A DNA stretch of 57,527 nt, filler included, from Streblomastix strix (Eukaryota), in the NCBI GenBank assembly GCA_008636045.1. It is 3 parts of 3 records of this genome, joined end to end, with 100 filler letters (N's around TTAATTAATTAA, not from the genome) between each part and the next. Parts side by side here need not be neighbours in the genome. Positions count along the whole stretch, not along the records: positions 19,216 to 38,326 come from SNRW01000545.1; positions 38,427 to 57,527 come from SNRW01000546.1; 1 more part is not named here. One strand, 5' to 3'. Below are positions 23,160 to 45,600 of this stretch, piece after piece. Position 1 is the stretch's first letter. The number at the start of each line of letters is the position of its first letter. The notes below the pieces were generated by a model, which saw nothing but the letters and a program-made list of their open reading frames with translations, made no database searches and was not told the origin of the DNA. Position numbers and translations under genes: made by a program.

Positions 23160-23782
23160 TTATTTTTGTCAGGGGTTAATCAGAACTACTAAGTATTGAA
23201 GAAATCGGCAATATTTTAATAAGTATGACAAACTCGGAAAAATAAACCGTAATATTTAAGCGAGCCTCTTTTTGATTAACCCGAAAAAATTTATCCATAC
23301 AGATTTCCTACAGAAATAATCAGAATGACTATTTGTAATGATTTATGATGAGAATTAATTAAAGTTAAGAACGATGAATTGTATAGTAAAACACTTAAAA
23401 TAGCGTAGAAAATTGATGTGTTAAAAGTAGACATGTAGGGCGAGCTTAATCCTGAAGGGTTATTTTGAATGATTTGCTATACTTTTTAAAAATGGTGCCA
23501 ACTTCTTCAATAATTAGTAGTGCTATCAATAAAACTGTAGAATTTTTTGATTTTATTTCATAATTTTATTTAATGATAATTTATTTGCAATTAAAACAGA
23601 AAAAAAGAGAAACTAATAAAATTAAATATATATTTATTAAAAAAATTTATAAACATTAATGTACTAGGAGTTATGAAACACTCTGTAGATAGATCAAAAT
23701 CAATAAATTCATATTTTATAATAAACAATTTATTTATGCAGATATAATAAATAATTTTATGGCATAAAAAATATTATTGAGC

Positions 23783-34159
<10,377 letters not shown>

Positions 34160-34596
34160 CTTCTAAATCAAATTAAAAAATAAAAATATATAAAAGATCA
34201 ATTCGTTAAAAAAATAATACATTGTATCAATAAAAGATACAGAAAAACTTGTATAAAAAAATTTGTTCAATTTTTGCATCAAAGATATAAAAATCAAAAA
34301 AATATGGGCAAGGCACTTTAGTTATTTATTTATTCATTAAATTTTGAATATAAAAACTTAATAAAATTCTGTGGCTCGAGATATTGGCTGTACAATTTAT
34401 TAAATAACTGTTTATTTATTAAACTTCAAATAATATGTTATATAATAAAAATCAACCTTAAATGAACCGCTTTGAAATGAAAGTGCTACAAATCTACAAA
34501 TTATATACAAAAAATTTATTATTTCAATAAATTTATCGAATGAAAATTAAAATTAAGCATTCTTACCAATGTTTTCTAAGTATTTATGCTGAATCT

Positions 34597-35255
34597 TCAC
34601 CTAATAATGAATGGCGCGCAGTGAACTAGTGCATCGTTTATAAAAATGCGCAATTCGTAGTCTCCAACTGGCCAAGCTCTGAATAATAAGAATACAAATA
34701 AATAGTTTATAAAAACACGTATCAAACCTTGGAAGCTCTGCATGAGTGTCAATCACATTTAACTCTTTCGATTATAAATCACATGCGACAATTTCGTAAT
34801 CCTCAGGCTAATAAAGTAAATATATATAATTGTAAAAATAGCAAATAAATAAGAAAAAAACGATAAAATCTAAATCACATACCGCTTTAACAAATAAGAA
34901 ATAATGTTAAAAAAAGATATTATAACATTATCAATGAGAATATAAAACCGGCTCCTGAGGAATAACTGCAGATCCACACTACCCTACCCTTTGAACCAAC
35001 TAATACATGTGATAAAATACAACGAGCATGTATTTTGAGATCTGCAAAACAGAAATTTAATTAAATGGTTGTTAGGTATGAAAGTGAGAAATCAGTACCA
35101 GATGGCTTAAAAATAGCTTTAACTTGCTCCCCAGGGTTACCATTCGAATCAGATCTAAAAAATAGCACATTTTCGACTGTAACAGGCTTATCTTATTATT
35201 CTTATACTTGCATTTCTTACAAAAGAATCTCTTCCTTCGATGAGCAACAACCCAT
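34597..35255 (-). CDS. Predicted myristoylated/palmitoylated protein with an Ig-like beta-sandwich domain; three introns
   Basis: MGCCSSKEE...VENVLFFRSDSNGNPGEQVKAIFKPS/DLKIHARCILSHVLVGSKGRVVWI.../PEDYEIVACDLQSKELNVIDTHAELPR/AWPVGDYELRIFINDALVHCAPFIIR-TGA. Confidence 0.7.
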
Positions 35256-35572
35256 TGATATCTTAATTAATAAATATAAAATAAAATTAATATATTAATT
35301 ATATTATCAAAAAATATTACTAATAAATTTATCGGCTAGGCCCTGCTATATAGGACAGTGCGTTAGATAGTCCTAGTTGAGTACATCAACATTAATTAAA
35401 ATGGCTTTCTTCAAGAGATCAGTATTAGTGGAGGGGTAGGGTTTGGAAGTTTTGAAAATTAAGGATTTTTTACCAAGATTATTACAGCATTATTTGTTTA
35501 ATTTTATTGCAATTTGTTCTATATAACAATGATTAAATTATAGGTGTGAAATAAAATTCAAATTTTTGTCTG

Positions 35573-35881
35573 TAGCGATCAAAAAATTGATTTTAGAATA
35601 AAAAATAAAAAATGCAGAATTTGGATTATTTTTGCATAAATTTGAGTTAATTTATATCTTTAAAAAATTTATTTTAATTAATTCGATATTATAAAGTCAA
35701 ATATTAATAGATTTAACCAGTTACACGGTGCTAAAAAAGAAAGCTATTATTAGATGAATTTAGTTACCAAATTAATTAATATAAATTTATTTAAATATAA
35801 ATTAATACTCATTTATGCAAAAATAACATAAATTTTTCATTTTTTTATTTTTTTATTCTAAAATCAATTTTTTGACCGCTG
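35573..35881. mobile_element. AT-rich foldback/MITE-like element with long imperfect inverted arms
   Basis: TAGCGATCAAAAAATTGATTTTAGAATAAAAAATAAAAAATG from 35573 matches the reverse complement ending ...AAAATCAATTTTTTGACCGCTG at 35881; pairing extends ~120 bp inward. Confidence 0.65.
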
Positions 35882-35971
35882 GAGATGAAACAAACGTTCT
35901 ATTTATATATAAACAAATTTTTAAAAATAATTTTATTTAATTTTATTTATTCAATCATTTAGAACTCTTTT

Positions 35972-36942
35972 ATGTTAGCTTAGCTCATTATATTAACAAT
36001 TTGTGCCAATGCACTGAAAATTGGCGGAGAAAGGTTCGATATTGAGAATTTAACTTTATCTGGAGATATATATTACGAGGTTGAGGCAAAATCAGAATTT
36101 ACGTATGTTTTACACGTAATAAAATTATGATTTTTTAACAATTTTTTAAACTTTATTTGACATTAATTACAGAGAGCTTGGAAGGGACGTATTATTATTC
36201 AATGTATTTGCCCCTCTTAGTGCAAATGTAACAGGGTCTTGCAATTAAACTAATCTGTCAGCTATAGCCTATTTAAATGGGGATTTGGATAATTGTTATC
36301 CTGTAGCACAATATTCAGAATCGGTCAAGCCAGTTTTACTTCAAAATGGTTAAGGATTTTCTCTTGCTTGTGTGGACTTTTCCTATTTATTATACTTTAT
36401 TAATTTTATTTCTTTATTTATACTTTTATATAGATAAGTTGTAAGGAACTTAATAAAGTCTAGATATAATATTTTCTTGTAACAAGATTTAAAACCTCTC
36501 AGCGTATTTTAAGTTTGTATTATACTTGTTTTATTTTATCTTGATCTTTATTCATTGATATTTTTCAGCTAATCATATCATTATACTATCAATTGGTTAC
36601 ATCCGCAGGCATGCCCCACAAGCAAATAGTTGAGCGTTGGCTGGATTTTCTTAATTGTCATAGGATCTATTATTGCACTTTATTTCCTTGTAGGGATTCC
36701 TATCAATGTATGTTCTTGGAGGAAAAATATTCACAAAACTTACATTTGTATATATTCTTTTTATTTAAATTGTAATTTAATTGTAGGTATTTTTGCTTAA
36801 AAAGAGAGGAATCTAAGTGTTACCGTTCTTTGGATATATTTCGAATCTCTTTGAAATTATTAAGGATGGAGCTCTTTTTTTAATATCACCATGCATTCCA
36901 AAGAAGTCGCAATACTAAATATTTGAAGACACAACACTTTGA
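35972..36942 (+). CDS. Mannose-6-phosphate receptor / ATG27-family type I membrane protein; multi-exon
   Basis: Signal peptide MLAQLIILTICANA; MRH-like domain (LLFNVF...C...CYPV...FSLAY...IQFSC...YTINWLHPQACP); TM LSVGWIFLIVIGSIIALYFLVG; tail GIQVLPF...IKDG...YQIF (YxxPhi). Confidence 0.75.
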
Positions 36943-37414
36943 TCCAATATTTTACATGTTATTTCTAAAATCTGATTAAAATAAATAATAAAATATTCAA
37001 AGTTATTCGAAAAATTTTCTTAATATTTTAGTTATTTTAATCGCACGCCCAGCTAAATCGCTCTGGGCAAGTTTGACTACCCTAAATTATAAATATTGTA
37101 ACATTTATGTTTATAACTTTTTATAAACCAAACTTTTTTACATTCTCATTATAGAATAAAGTTGCACTTGAAATGAATCGAGAGCAGCACATCCATAAGA
37201 TAGTATTGCGCTATATTGTTATATCAACTAGTATTTTCTGTTGAACATAATGCAATTTGATCAATTTAAAATTACTATTTATATCATTAATAACATTAAA
37301 ATACGAATAGAAAAAAATAATTTTTTAATCACTTAAATCTATTTGAGCCTAATTTTAATTTTATTATTTTCAATTTTTTTATTGATTAGTTTACATTTAT
37401 AATAATAACCAGAT

Positions 37415-37843
37415 ATGCAACAGTCAATTTACGAACGCGATATCGAGAACTCGCAGAGACTTTGGCTTCAATAAGGATACGATTTGGAGGACTGGTTCAA
37501 CTACTCTTTTGATGAAGTTTCATGGTTGCAATACTGTGAAAGATAATCAGCTATGCGTTAATATGTAGATCGTCTCAAGTAGAAAATCCAGCACAACAGG
37601 CGGACAGTCTAAACACCGATTCTGATTCAATTTCCAGGTTATGGGAACGATGCACATAATGTTGCTATACCAATTGAACCTGCTCAGAAGATCTAGTCTG
37701 TCCTTATTCCACCGAACTCCAATGCAATGCCACTCCTCTCACTTCCCAAGACAAGTACAGTCCAACTTGTAACACCACCAAATTTTCCTCTAAATGTCTC
37801 ACAAAATTAATATTAAAATTACCCTTAAAACGGCATCAAATGA
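37415..37843 (+). CDS. FIP1: Pre-mRNA 3'-end processing factor Fip1 (short form; an upstream exon is possible)
   Basis: Fip1 motif DIENSQRLWLQQGYDLEDWFNYSFDEVSWLQYCERQ matches W..PGADLSDYFNYGF.E..W..YC..Q; Pro-rich tail; TGA 37841-37843. Confidence 0.85.
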
Positions 37844-38007
37844 TTTGAATGATTATTATTATTTGTTTTATTTATTCATTCCAAAAAATCACTTCATTTA
37901 CTGCCTCTTTCATTGTGTCATGTAAAACAATAAAATTATGAATGGAAAGATAAAATAACTCATTCATTAATATATTCTTTATTTCATTTATCTTTCATTG
38001 TTCATTT

Positions 38008-39069
38008 TCATTTCTTTTCGTCTGGCTTTCCTTGTGTCTTTGTTTGAGTCTTTGTTTATGATTGAATTTGAGAAGGAAGTGAAGATTTGGAATCTTGATT
38101 TGATTTCTCTTTCTCTGAATGTCCTTCTTTTGATCCTTTCTTTTATGCATCACTTATTCCTAAGTTAGATGTTGATACTATAAGTTCTCTGCTATTCGGA
38201 TTCTCTTTTTCTTTTTCTTTTTCTTTCTGTTTTTCTTTTTCTTATTCTTTTTTATTCACACTATCATCTTTCTATATTCTTGCTTTCACTTATTCTTTTT
38301 ATACAATTCCATCTCTTAGTAATATTNNNNNNNNNNNNNNNNNNNNNNNNNNNNNNNNNNNNNNNNNNNNTTAATTAATTAANNNNNNNNNNNNNNNNNN
38401 NNNNNNNNNNNNNNNNNNNNNNNNNNAATAATTTGATTCCGCTCTGTGTCGCCTGAGAATTGTTAATGGAGAAGAATAGTAAAATTAATGTGAATTTTTA
38501 ATATAAAATAAATAAGTAATATAAAATACTGTTGCTGCTGCTGTTTTAAGATGGTTCAACTTCATATTCTTGAGTTTGCTCCAAAATAATATTTTCTTCA
38601 ATTTCTTGTTCAAATGGAGGAATTGCATCAATAATATGCGTAAGAACATCGCGAATCATCTGAACGCAACAATGACAAATAATAATGAGTAATAATAATT
38701 TAGATTCATACTTACACCTCTTTGCGAGAAAACTTCGTTCTTTATCGAAGCATTTTTCTTAATTCTTCTTCGTTGATCACTTCGATCATTTCATCGCAAA
38801 ATCCTTGGCGAATTGCTCTGCAGATCAGCTCAATTATTCGGCGAATGCAACGCGATTGCATAACTTCATTATCAGACCGAAGTATTAATACCATATATCT
38901 CAATTCTGATAACTGAAAGTTGAACGTTAGGAAATAAAAATAAAAATAAACGGAAAATTTTATTTTTGCGCACATCAAGCTTCTGTGTATACGACCATGT
39001 TGTTGGTGTAAAAATTTCTTCTACATCGTATTCATACAGACAATTTGTATTCTTAAAGCCTGTCCTCAT
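38008..39069 (-). CDS. Hypothetical protein, multi-exon, apparently spanning the assembly gap
   Basis: Exons MRTGFKNTNCLYEY.../LSELRYMVLILRSDN.../MIRDVLTHIIDAIPPF...; the other side of the gap gives a same-strand K/E-rich C-terminus ending GKPDEKK-TGA. Confidence 0.55.
38327..38426. other. Artificial gap linker (44 N + TTAATTAATTAA + 44 N)
   Basis: Identical to 19116-19215. Confidence 0.97.
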
Positions 39070-39905
39070 GCAACTAATCAAGTGAAAAATAAGAAATGAA
39101 ATAAAAAAATAGAATGTAAGTCTACGAATGAGAAATTTTGTTGAATGTTATTATTAATAAAACACAGCTATGATAAAATAATTTTTAGGCTCTCATTTCA
39201 ATATTTATTTAATTTATATACTCGAATTTTTATAAAAAGCATTATTTATTTTTTTGTTGTTAAGTTACTCAAGAATCGGCATAAATAAGTATTTAAAAGA
39301 AATATTTGTTCCAATGTTGCTGGATAAATGTTAAAATAAATATTCCATATTTAGCCCCGTCTGGGCGTTTAGGTAAGTGTGTCTCCCTTTTTGCTTTTGG
39401 TGCATGGTTCAATCCCGGTTAAGTTAGTTTTTTAATAATTAAATATTTTATTTAAAAGAATTATTAAAATGTTAGAGTATTATTTTTAATTGATTAATTT
39501 ATTATGGAAATTTTATCATAATTTCCTGTTGACACAAAAATTACAGATATAAATCTGTTTGATATTAATGTTTCAATGATATTTTGTAAAATGTGCTTTA
39601 AATATATATGATAATTGTATGTCAATAATACTGTATTCGTAGTATTGAGTTAATAAAAACGAATTTCATATTATAATAAGTTTTTCACAATGATGATTAA
39701 TTTGATATTTCTAAATTAAATTTTATGCTCATCAAAATTACATTTATAACATAATTGGATTTTAAATTAATTCATTCCAATCCTATATGATAAAGAAATA
39801 TAAGAATTTCATTTTTGTTTGTTGTGACTTATTTTTCTTCTATATACAATTTATTTACATATAAATTGTAATTTTAAATTTAGTTATTGCAATATCAGAA
39901 ACATA

Positions 39906-41945
39906 ATGCAAGATACATAAATGACGTTAACCTAGCCAAAGGTGGACGAATAAGGTCTTTAAGTTACAAGCGACAATATTCCAGTAAAAACGTGGAAAAC
40001 ATGGTACTTTGATAAAGATAGATATGAGAAGCTTCCATAATCTAGGCGAATACTTATTGAGAGACCGGGATTTATGCAAGGTTTACATTCATATATATAT
40101 ATATTTCACTATCTTTTTACTTGATGTGTATTTTCTTATGGATTAGTTTTGGATAAGCTTAAAGTTGAAAGAAGTGCGATTGAAGCTGCTCTTAATGAAT
40201 ATTTCAAAATGAAGCATAGAATTAAATAGGAAGATCAAAGATATAGATTTCTGACTCGCTTCGTTGAAAACTAACTTGTATGAGAATAACAATTTTCAAT
40301 TAATAATAATAAAAATAATAATAAACTACCGTATATATTATTGTTATTATTGTATTTATACTTTATTATTTATGTTATATATCTATATATTATATCTACA
40401 TATTTTCAGACCGAGAGATAGCTCAACATGGTCCACCAGCGAAACAAACCGCAAAATTCCAACAAAACATTCCTCAATAATTTAGTCGATCAAATCCAGA
40501 ATTAACAACAAAACTTGGATTCTACATTAAATTCACAGTTTCCTACAACCCCATTAAACAATTAGTCCACATCACAAACATATACAAGCAATAATAACAA
40601 TAATAATAATAGATCACGAAGTATTAGTATGAATAATACATATACAACTTAGAATATTTCTCCATAAAATACTTATGGACGAAGATCCCCAACGATGAGT
40701 TCTAATGGACGTCAATCCCCAGTGAATTAAAATTAAATTAACACTGATAATGCAATCAATCAAAGACTTCGTGAAATTCTTCCACAATTGGAAGGATTGA
40801 ATTAAGAAGAATAATTGATAAAAGCTTAATAGGAACTTGATTAGATGGATTACGAGCTGTATTTGAAGGAGCTGAAAGAATTGCCTGTTGTTTTCGCATC
40901 TGAAGGTTAGTTTAGTCCATAGAATGCTGGAGATACTTAGAATTTAGATGAATAATAATAACAATAATAACAATAGCAAACTCAGTTACTATCAAATACA
41001 ACATCAACTCCAATTAGACAGAGAATTAACAACAGCTCAACAACTACCAGATCACACAGTATTCCACATTCAACACTAATGAAGGACACATAATTCTATT
41101 TCACACCACAGCAACTGAAGAAAATGAATATAAGTACTCCTTTCTCATAAAATATGAGTTAGACTTATAATTCATCATCATTTTTGAATTAAACCGCTCG
41201 TAGTTAAACTTAATCACGATCGAATACAGCACAACAACAATATACTGAAAGATATATTCCGTCCTTAGCTCCTCCACTAACTGAAGATCTAGAATATAAT
41301 TCCAAAGAACTGAACAACATCGATTTACAAGTCAAAACATCGATGAAACGCACAAAAAGATTCGTTGAACAGACAACAGCAATTGAAAAAGGTTTATATG
41401 GCAAAAATATCACTGAAATTCCTCCATACAACAAAAACTTGAGGAAAGTTCAAACTGATCTGAAACATCAGAGATTCTTGGATTCATAATAAAAGGACAT
41501 TAAAAAGTAATAAGGATTTTTGAAGAGTCAGAATATGATAGAGTAGATGCACGATAACTTAGTTATGCAGTAGACTAGGCAAGCTCTTACATAGAACAGC
41601 CTTGAGCGGATGGGGGCATATAATAGCCAGATTGGATTACTTGACTTAAAAGAAGATAGTAATTCGCCTATTAAATACACTGCGATGTATACACCAGCAC
41701 TGACGCCAGATTTTGCTTCTGGGTCAAATAGGTATCAGAAACCTATGGCGTAGACATAGACTTAGAGTTAATAAGGTACTACGCGAGAGAGGTTTGTTGC
41801 TTATGAGAGGCCGAAGCAGTTGAATCCGCTTCTGTATGGAAAGGCAGCGAATTTGAGCAGAAAATTGGCAGAAAAGGAAGCATAGGAAGAAAAATAGAAG
41901 GAGTTAGATAAAAAGGGCAGCAAGAAAGATATTAATAACACCTGA
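39906..41945 (+). CDS. Hypothetical Q/S/N-rich protein, two introns
   Basis: MQDTQMTLTQPK...WKTWYFDKDRYEKLP...; introns ~40081-40146 and ~40263-40409; ends ...SKKDINNT-TGA. Confidence 0.6.
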
Positions 41946-42660
41946 ACCTTGGCTTATTAACCTTAAAATAGATGGGCCTTGGTTTATTTATGTTAATGTA
42001 ATATAATACAATACGGATTTTAAGTTACAATATTCCACAACTTCCATATTTCAGTTTGTAATTTCAATGTATAATTTGGTATATTCACATTATTAGTAAT
42101 TGAATATCTTGAAAATTAAGTAAATTGAAAAATACGACTAGCATGAATTTTTCACTTAAATTTATCTCTTAAATAACTCTATTTACATATTTACATATTG
42201 TTTATAAATAATAAATTTGATTTTAGAATAAACTAAAAAATTAATATATATTCTTAATATTATTGATTATTCATTGTCAATCAAATATTTTTAACTAATA
42301 GAATTTTTCAAATATAAATTGATCATAAATTAACCATTTTGTTTAATTACTTTATAATCTATTATTAATTAATTTTATCATCACTTTAAAACTAACATTT
42401 ACTATTTATATTTAACTTTAAAACCATTACTTGACGAGATACATAACTCAAAAAATATTTCATTTAAATTTCATAACTCAATCAATATTTATGATATTTT
42501 ATTTTATATTTATTTTATCAATTTTTTATTTTAAATATTATTGAATATGCAAAGTTGCAAATATCTATTTATTTATTAAATATTTTTTCCTTTATTTTTA
42601 TTTTTTTTTATTCATTTATTTATTTTTTCCTTTCTTTTTGGATAGATATTTATACCAGTA

Positions 42661-45600
42661 ATGCAAAAAGCTCTGCAAAAGCTTGGTATGCATTACTCAT
42701 TAATATCTTCCTATTTCTTAACATCAATATATAATAAATTTACTCGCACAGCTTAATTCCCAGCACATCCTGGAGGAGTGAATGCAGTAGCATTGGCTCA
42801 AAATGCAGCTCTTGTTGCAACTGGTGGATAAGATAATAAGACTTGCATATGGTCAATCCGCAAATTGTAAGAGAAGAGTACTCCTATGATGGTATGGATG
42901 ATATATTATTGAATTAAGGATTGAAACATTTCTTTATTTTTATACAAACCATATATAATTTTATCAATATCTTAATTTACTAATAACATCCTTTAATGTA
43001 ATTCTATTTCATATTCTTATACATACAGACTCTTCTTGGTCATTCATCTCCAGTAACGTGTGTTGCATTTGATCAAACAGAAGCTCGTGTTGCTTCAGGA
43101 AATGTTGGAGGAGGTCTTCGAGTTTGGGATATATCAGCTGGGAAATGTGTGAATGATGAATATTTACTTATTTTATTTTTATATTCATTGATTTTTATAT
43201 TTATTTGTTTATATATTTATATATTTATATATTTATTATCATACATTATTTTATTTATTTTCAAAAAATAATTTCATTATTTCTTTTCTGATTTCACTCA
43301 TTCATTTATTTTCTATTTCATTTGCTATATTTCTCTCCACACAGCCATCAAGATCTTTTCAGCAGGTATCCATCACTAGGCAGTTTCATGCTTAAACTTC
43401 AATGCTAATGGACAACATTTAACAACTGGATCAAATGATATGTCAGTCAAAGTATGGGATATGAGACATAAATAGGTTGTGCAGTCGTATAAAGTGTGAG
43501 GAATGGTTGAGTTATTTATTATTTATTATAATAATATTCTTATATTATCATATTTTATAAATATATTAATTAATATTGCTATTATTTTCTTTTTCTATTT
43601 ATCAATTCCTTATTTTTCACCATAATTCAATACTCCAATGCCATCTATCACTATAATATATACCATCATCTCCAAATAAGATTCATTCAAACAATGTGAA
43701 TGCAGCTCTTTTCTCTCCAGATGGGAAATACCTATTCACTGGTGGGGAGGATGGAATTTGCAATGTTGTTGATTTGGGCGAAGGAAAAGTAGTGAAATAG
43801 TTCAGCCATGATGGTGTGAATGTTAGTGATGGGGGATTATATATATTATTTGAGTGGTGGATTATTTATTTATTTTAAAAATTGTCACTTTTTTTGTTAA
43901 TATAAATATTTGTATTAAATTATCATATATTTAAAACAATTCTAATTTCCCAATTTTTTTTCTAATTAATTTAATTTTAATATCATTTTTCTTATTTAAA
44001 TTTAATTTTTCATGCAGGCCCAATAAACACAATTGCTCTTCATCCGCTTGATTTAATAATGGCAACAGGTTCTTCTGATAGAACGTCCAAAGTTTATGAT
44101 TTGAGCTCATTTCAGATTGTTGCAAGTATTCCTATGGATTCAACAAAGGTAATTTGATGATAATTATAATAAAAAAATATTTATGAATTATTCTTATATT
44201 ATTTAATTTTATTGTATTTTTTATTATATTTTTTTATTCATTTATTCATTTCAATTAATAATTTATTATTTATTTATTTTCTATTTAGATCCGTTCTTTA
44301 CAATTCTGTGGCGATGACGGTGATGTCTTATGCACAGGTTCAGAAGAAGCCATCAAATTCTGGAGATGGGAAAAAGAATGCAATTTGCAGATATAAGGAA
44401 ACCCTAACAATTATAATAGTAATATAAATTATAATAGTAATATAAATTATAATGGTAATAGTAATATTCATAGTAACAACAATAATAATGCATATAACAG
44501 TGGATAACTATTTAGTAAAGCCAATACAGGAGGTGGAATGGCTGAACGTGAAAGAGAATTTAATCTTTAGCTCAGCCCTTAATCAAATTAATTACAGTAA
44601 TAATAACAATAATAATAATTATTATCACTTCAACCATATATGTATGATCGAATCACATGCCAATCGGGGAAAATATCTGATATTCGCATTGATCAGTTCA
44701 ATTTGCTAATCAGTTATGCGAAAGATCAGTAGATAATACTGCAGTCGTGCTAGATCAAAGCTTTTGAACCTTGGAAAAGCAGAAATGGTAAAGTGTAAAA
44801 AATTGATAATTCCAGATTGAATGACAGCAGAGTATCAATTAGATGGAAGGAAAATGAAAAAGAATTAAATTAAGAAGAAAGCGAGAAAGAAAAGAAACGG
44901 AAAGAAATAGAATATTAGAATAAATTGTCTATTTAAGCATAATTGAAAATGTAGTAGAAAAGATAACAGTAATTAATTTAATAATAAAAAACTCAAAATT
45001 TTGAAAGTGAAGATAAATCTAATAATATGAATGATAATAATGATGATGAATAAGAAGATTATTATATTGATGATGATAAATAACAGTAACTTAAATTAAA
45101 GCTGATGGAACAAGAATACGAAAGATAGAAGATGTAGTTGGAACTTCAATATTAAAAAATGAGATAATAAGAAAAATTAAAAAATTCGAATTAATTTGAT
45201 ATAAATCGAATAAGTGCAGAAGATAAAAATGAAGAAATTAACAGAAGTAAAGATGATGAAATTAAAACTAAATGCTTAATATTTTAAGATGATGATAATA
45301 ATGATGATAATAATAAAGATTGATTGAATTAAGAATAGTAATAAAAAGAATTGAATCATGATGATGATGTTACATAAATTGTTACTGTGAGATTTTCACA
45401 AAATTTTGATACATAATACAACGATGATGACGAATTTTTGGATACAAATATACTAGAAAATGATCCTAAAAATAAAAATATTAACTTAAACAACGAAAAA
45501 TAACTAAAATAACAACTAAATAAATAATAATAAAATCTATTTAAGCAAATTACATCTAATCAAACCCCATCTTCTTCACCTTCATATATTACATAATCTG

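Larger units (their letters stand above)
19216..23470. mobile_element. Endogenous Polinton-like virus fragment, element B (partial, decaying)
   Basis: Intronless compact ORFs including a second, different packaging ATPase and a fibre-repeat gene; right boundary approximate. Confidence 0.7.

Noticed and set aside
9421..23245. TTCCGAGT (~9423, ~9441) versus ACTCGGAA (~23232) as terminal inverted repeats of the island
   Set aside because: Only 8 bp match, no extension, and the two ends are separated by a gap.
9500..23470. Bacteriophage or bacterial contamination as the source of the island
   Set aside because: Genes use the host's TAR=Gln code, are contiguous with intron-containing host genes on both outer sides, and encode A32-type ATPases rather than a terminase/portal module.
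39352..39420. tRNA-like stretch with B-box-like GGTTCAATCCC and a weak A-box
   Set aside because: Acceptor and T stems do not pair convincingly; at most a degenerate tRNA or SINE remnant. tRNAscan-SE would settle it.
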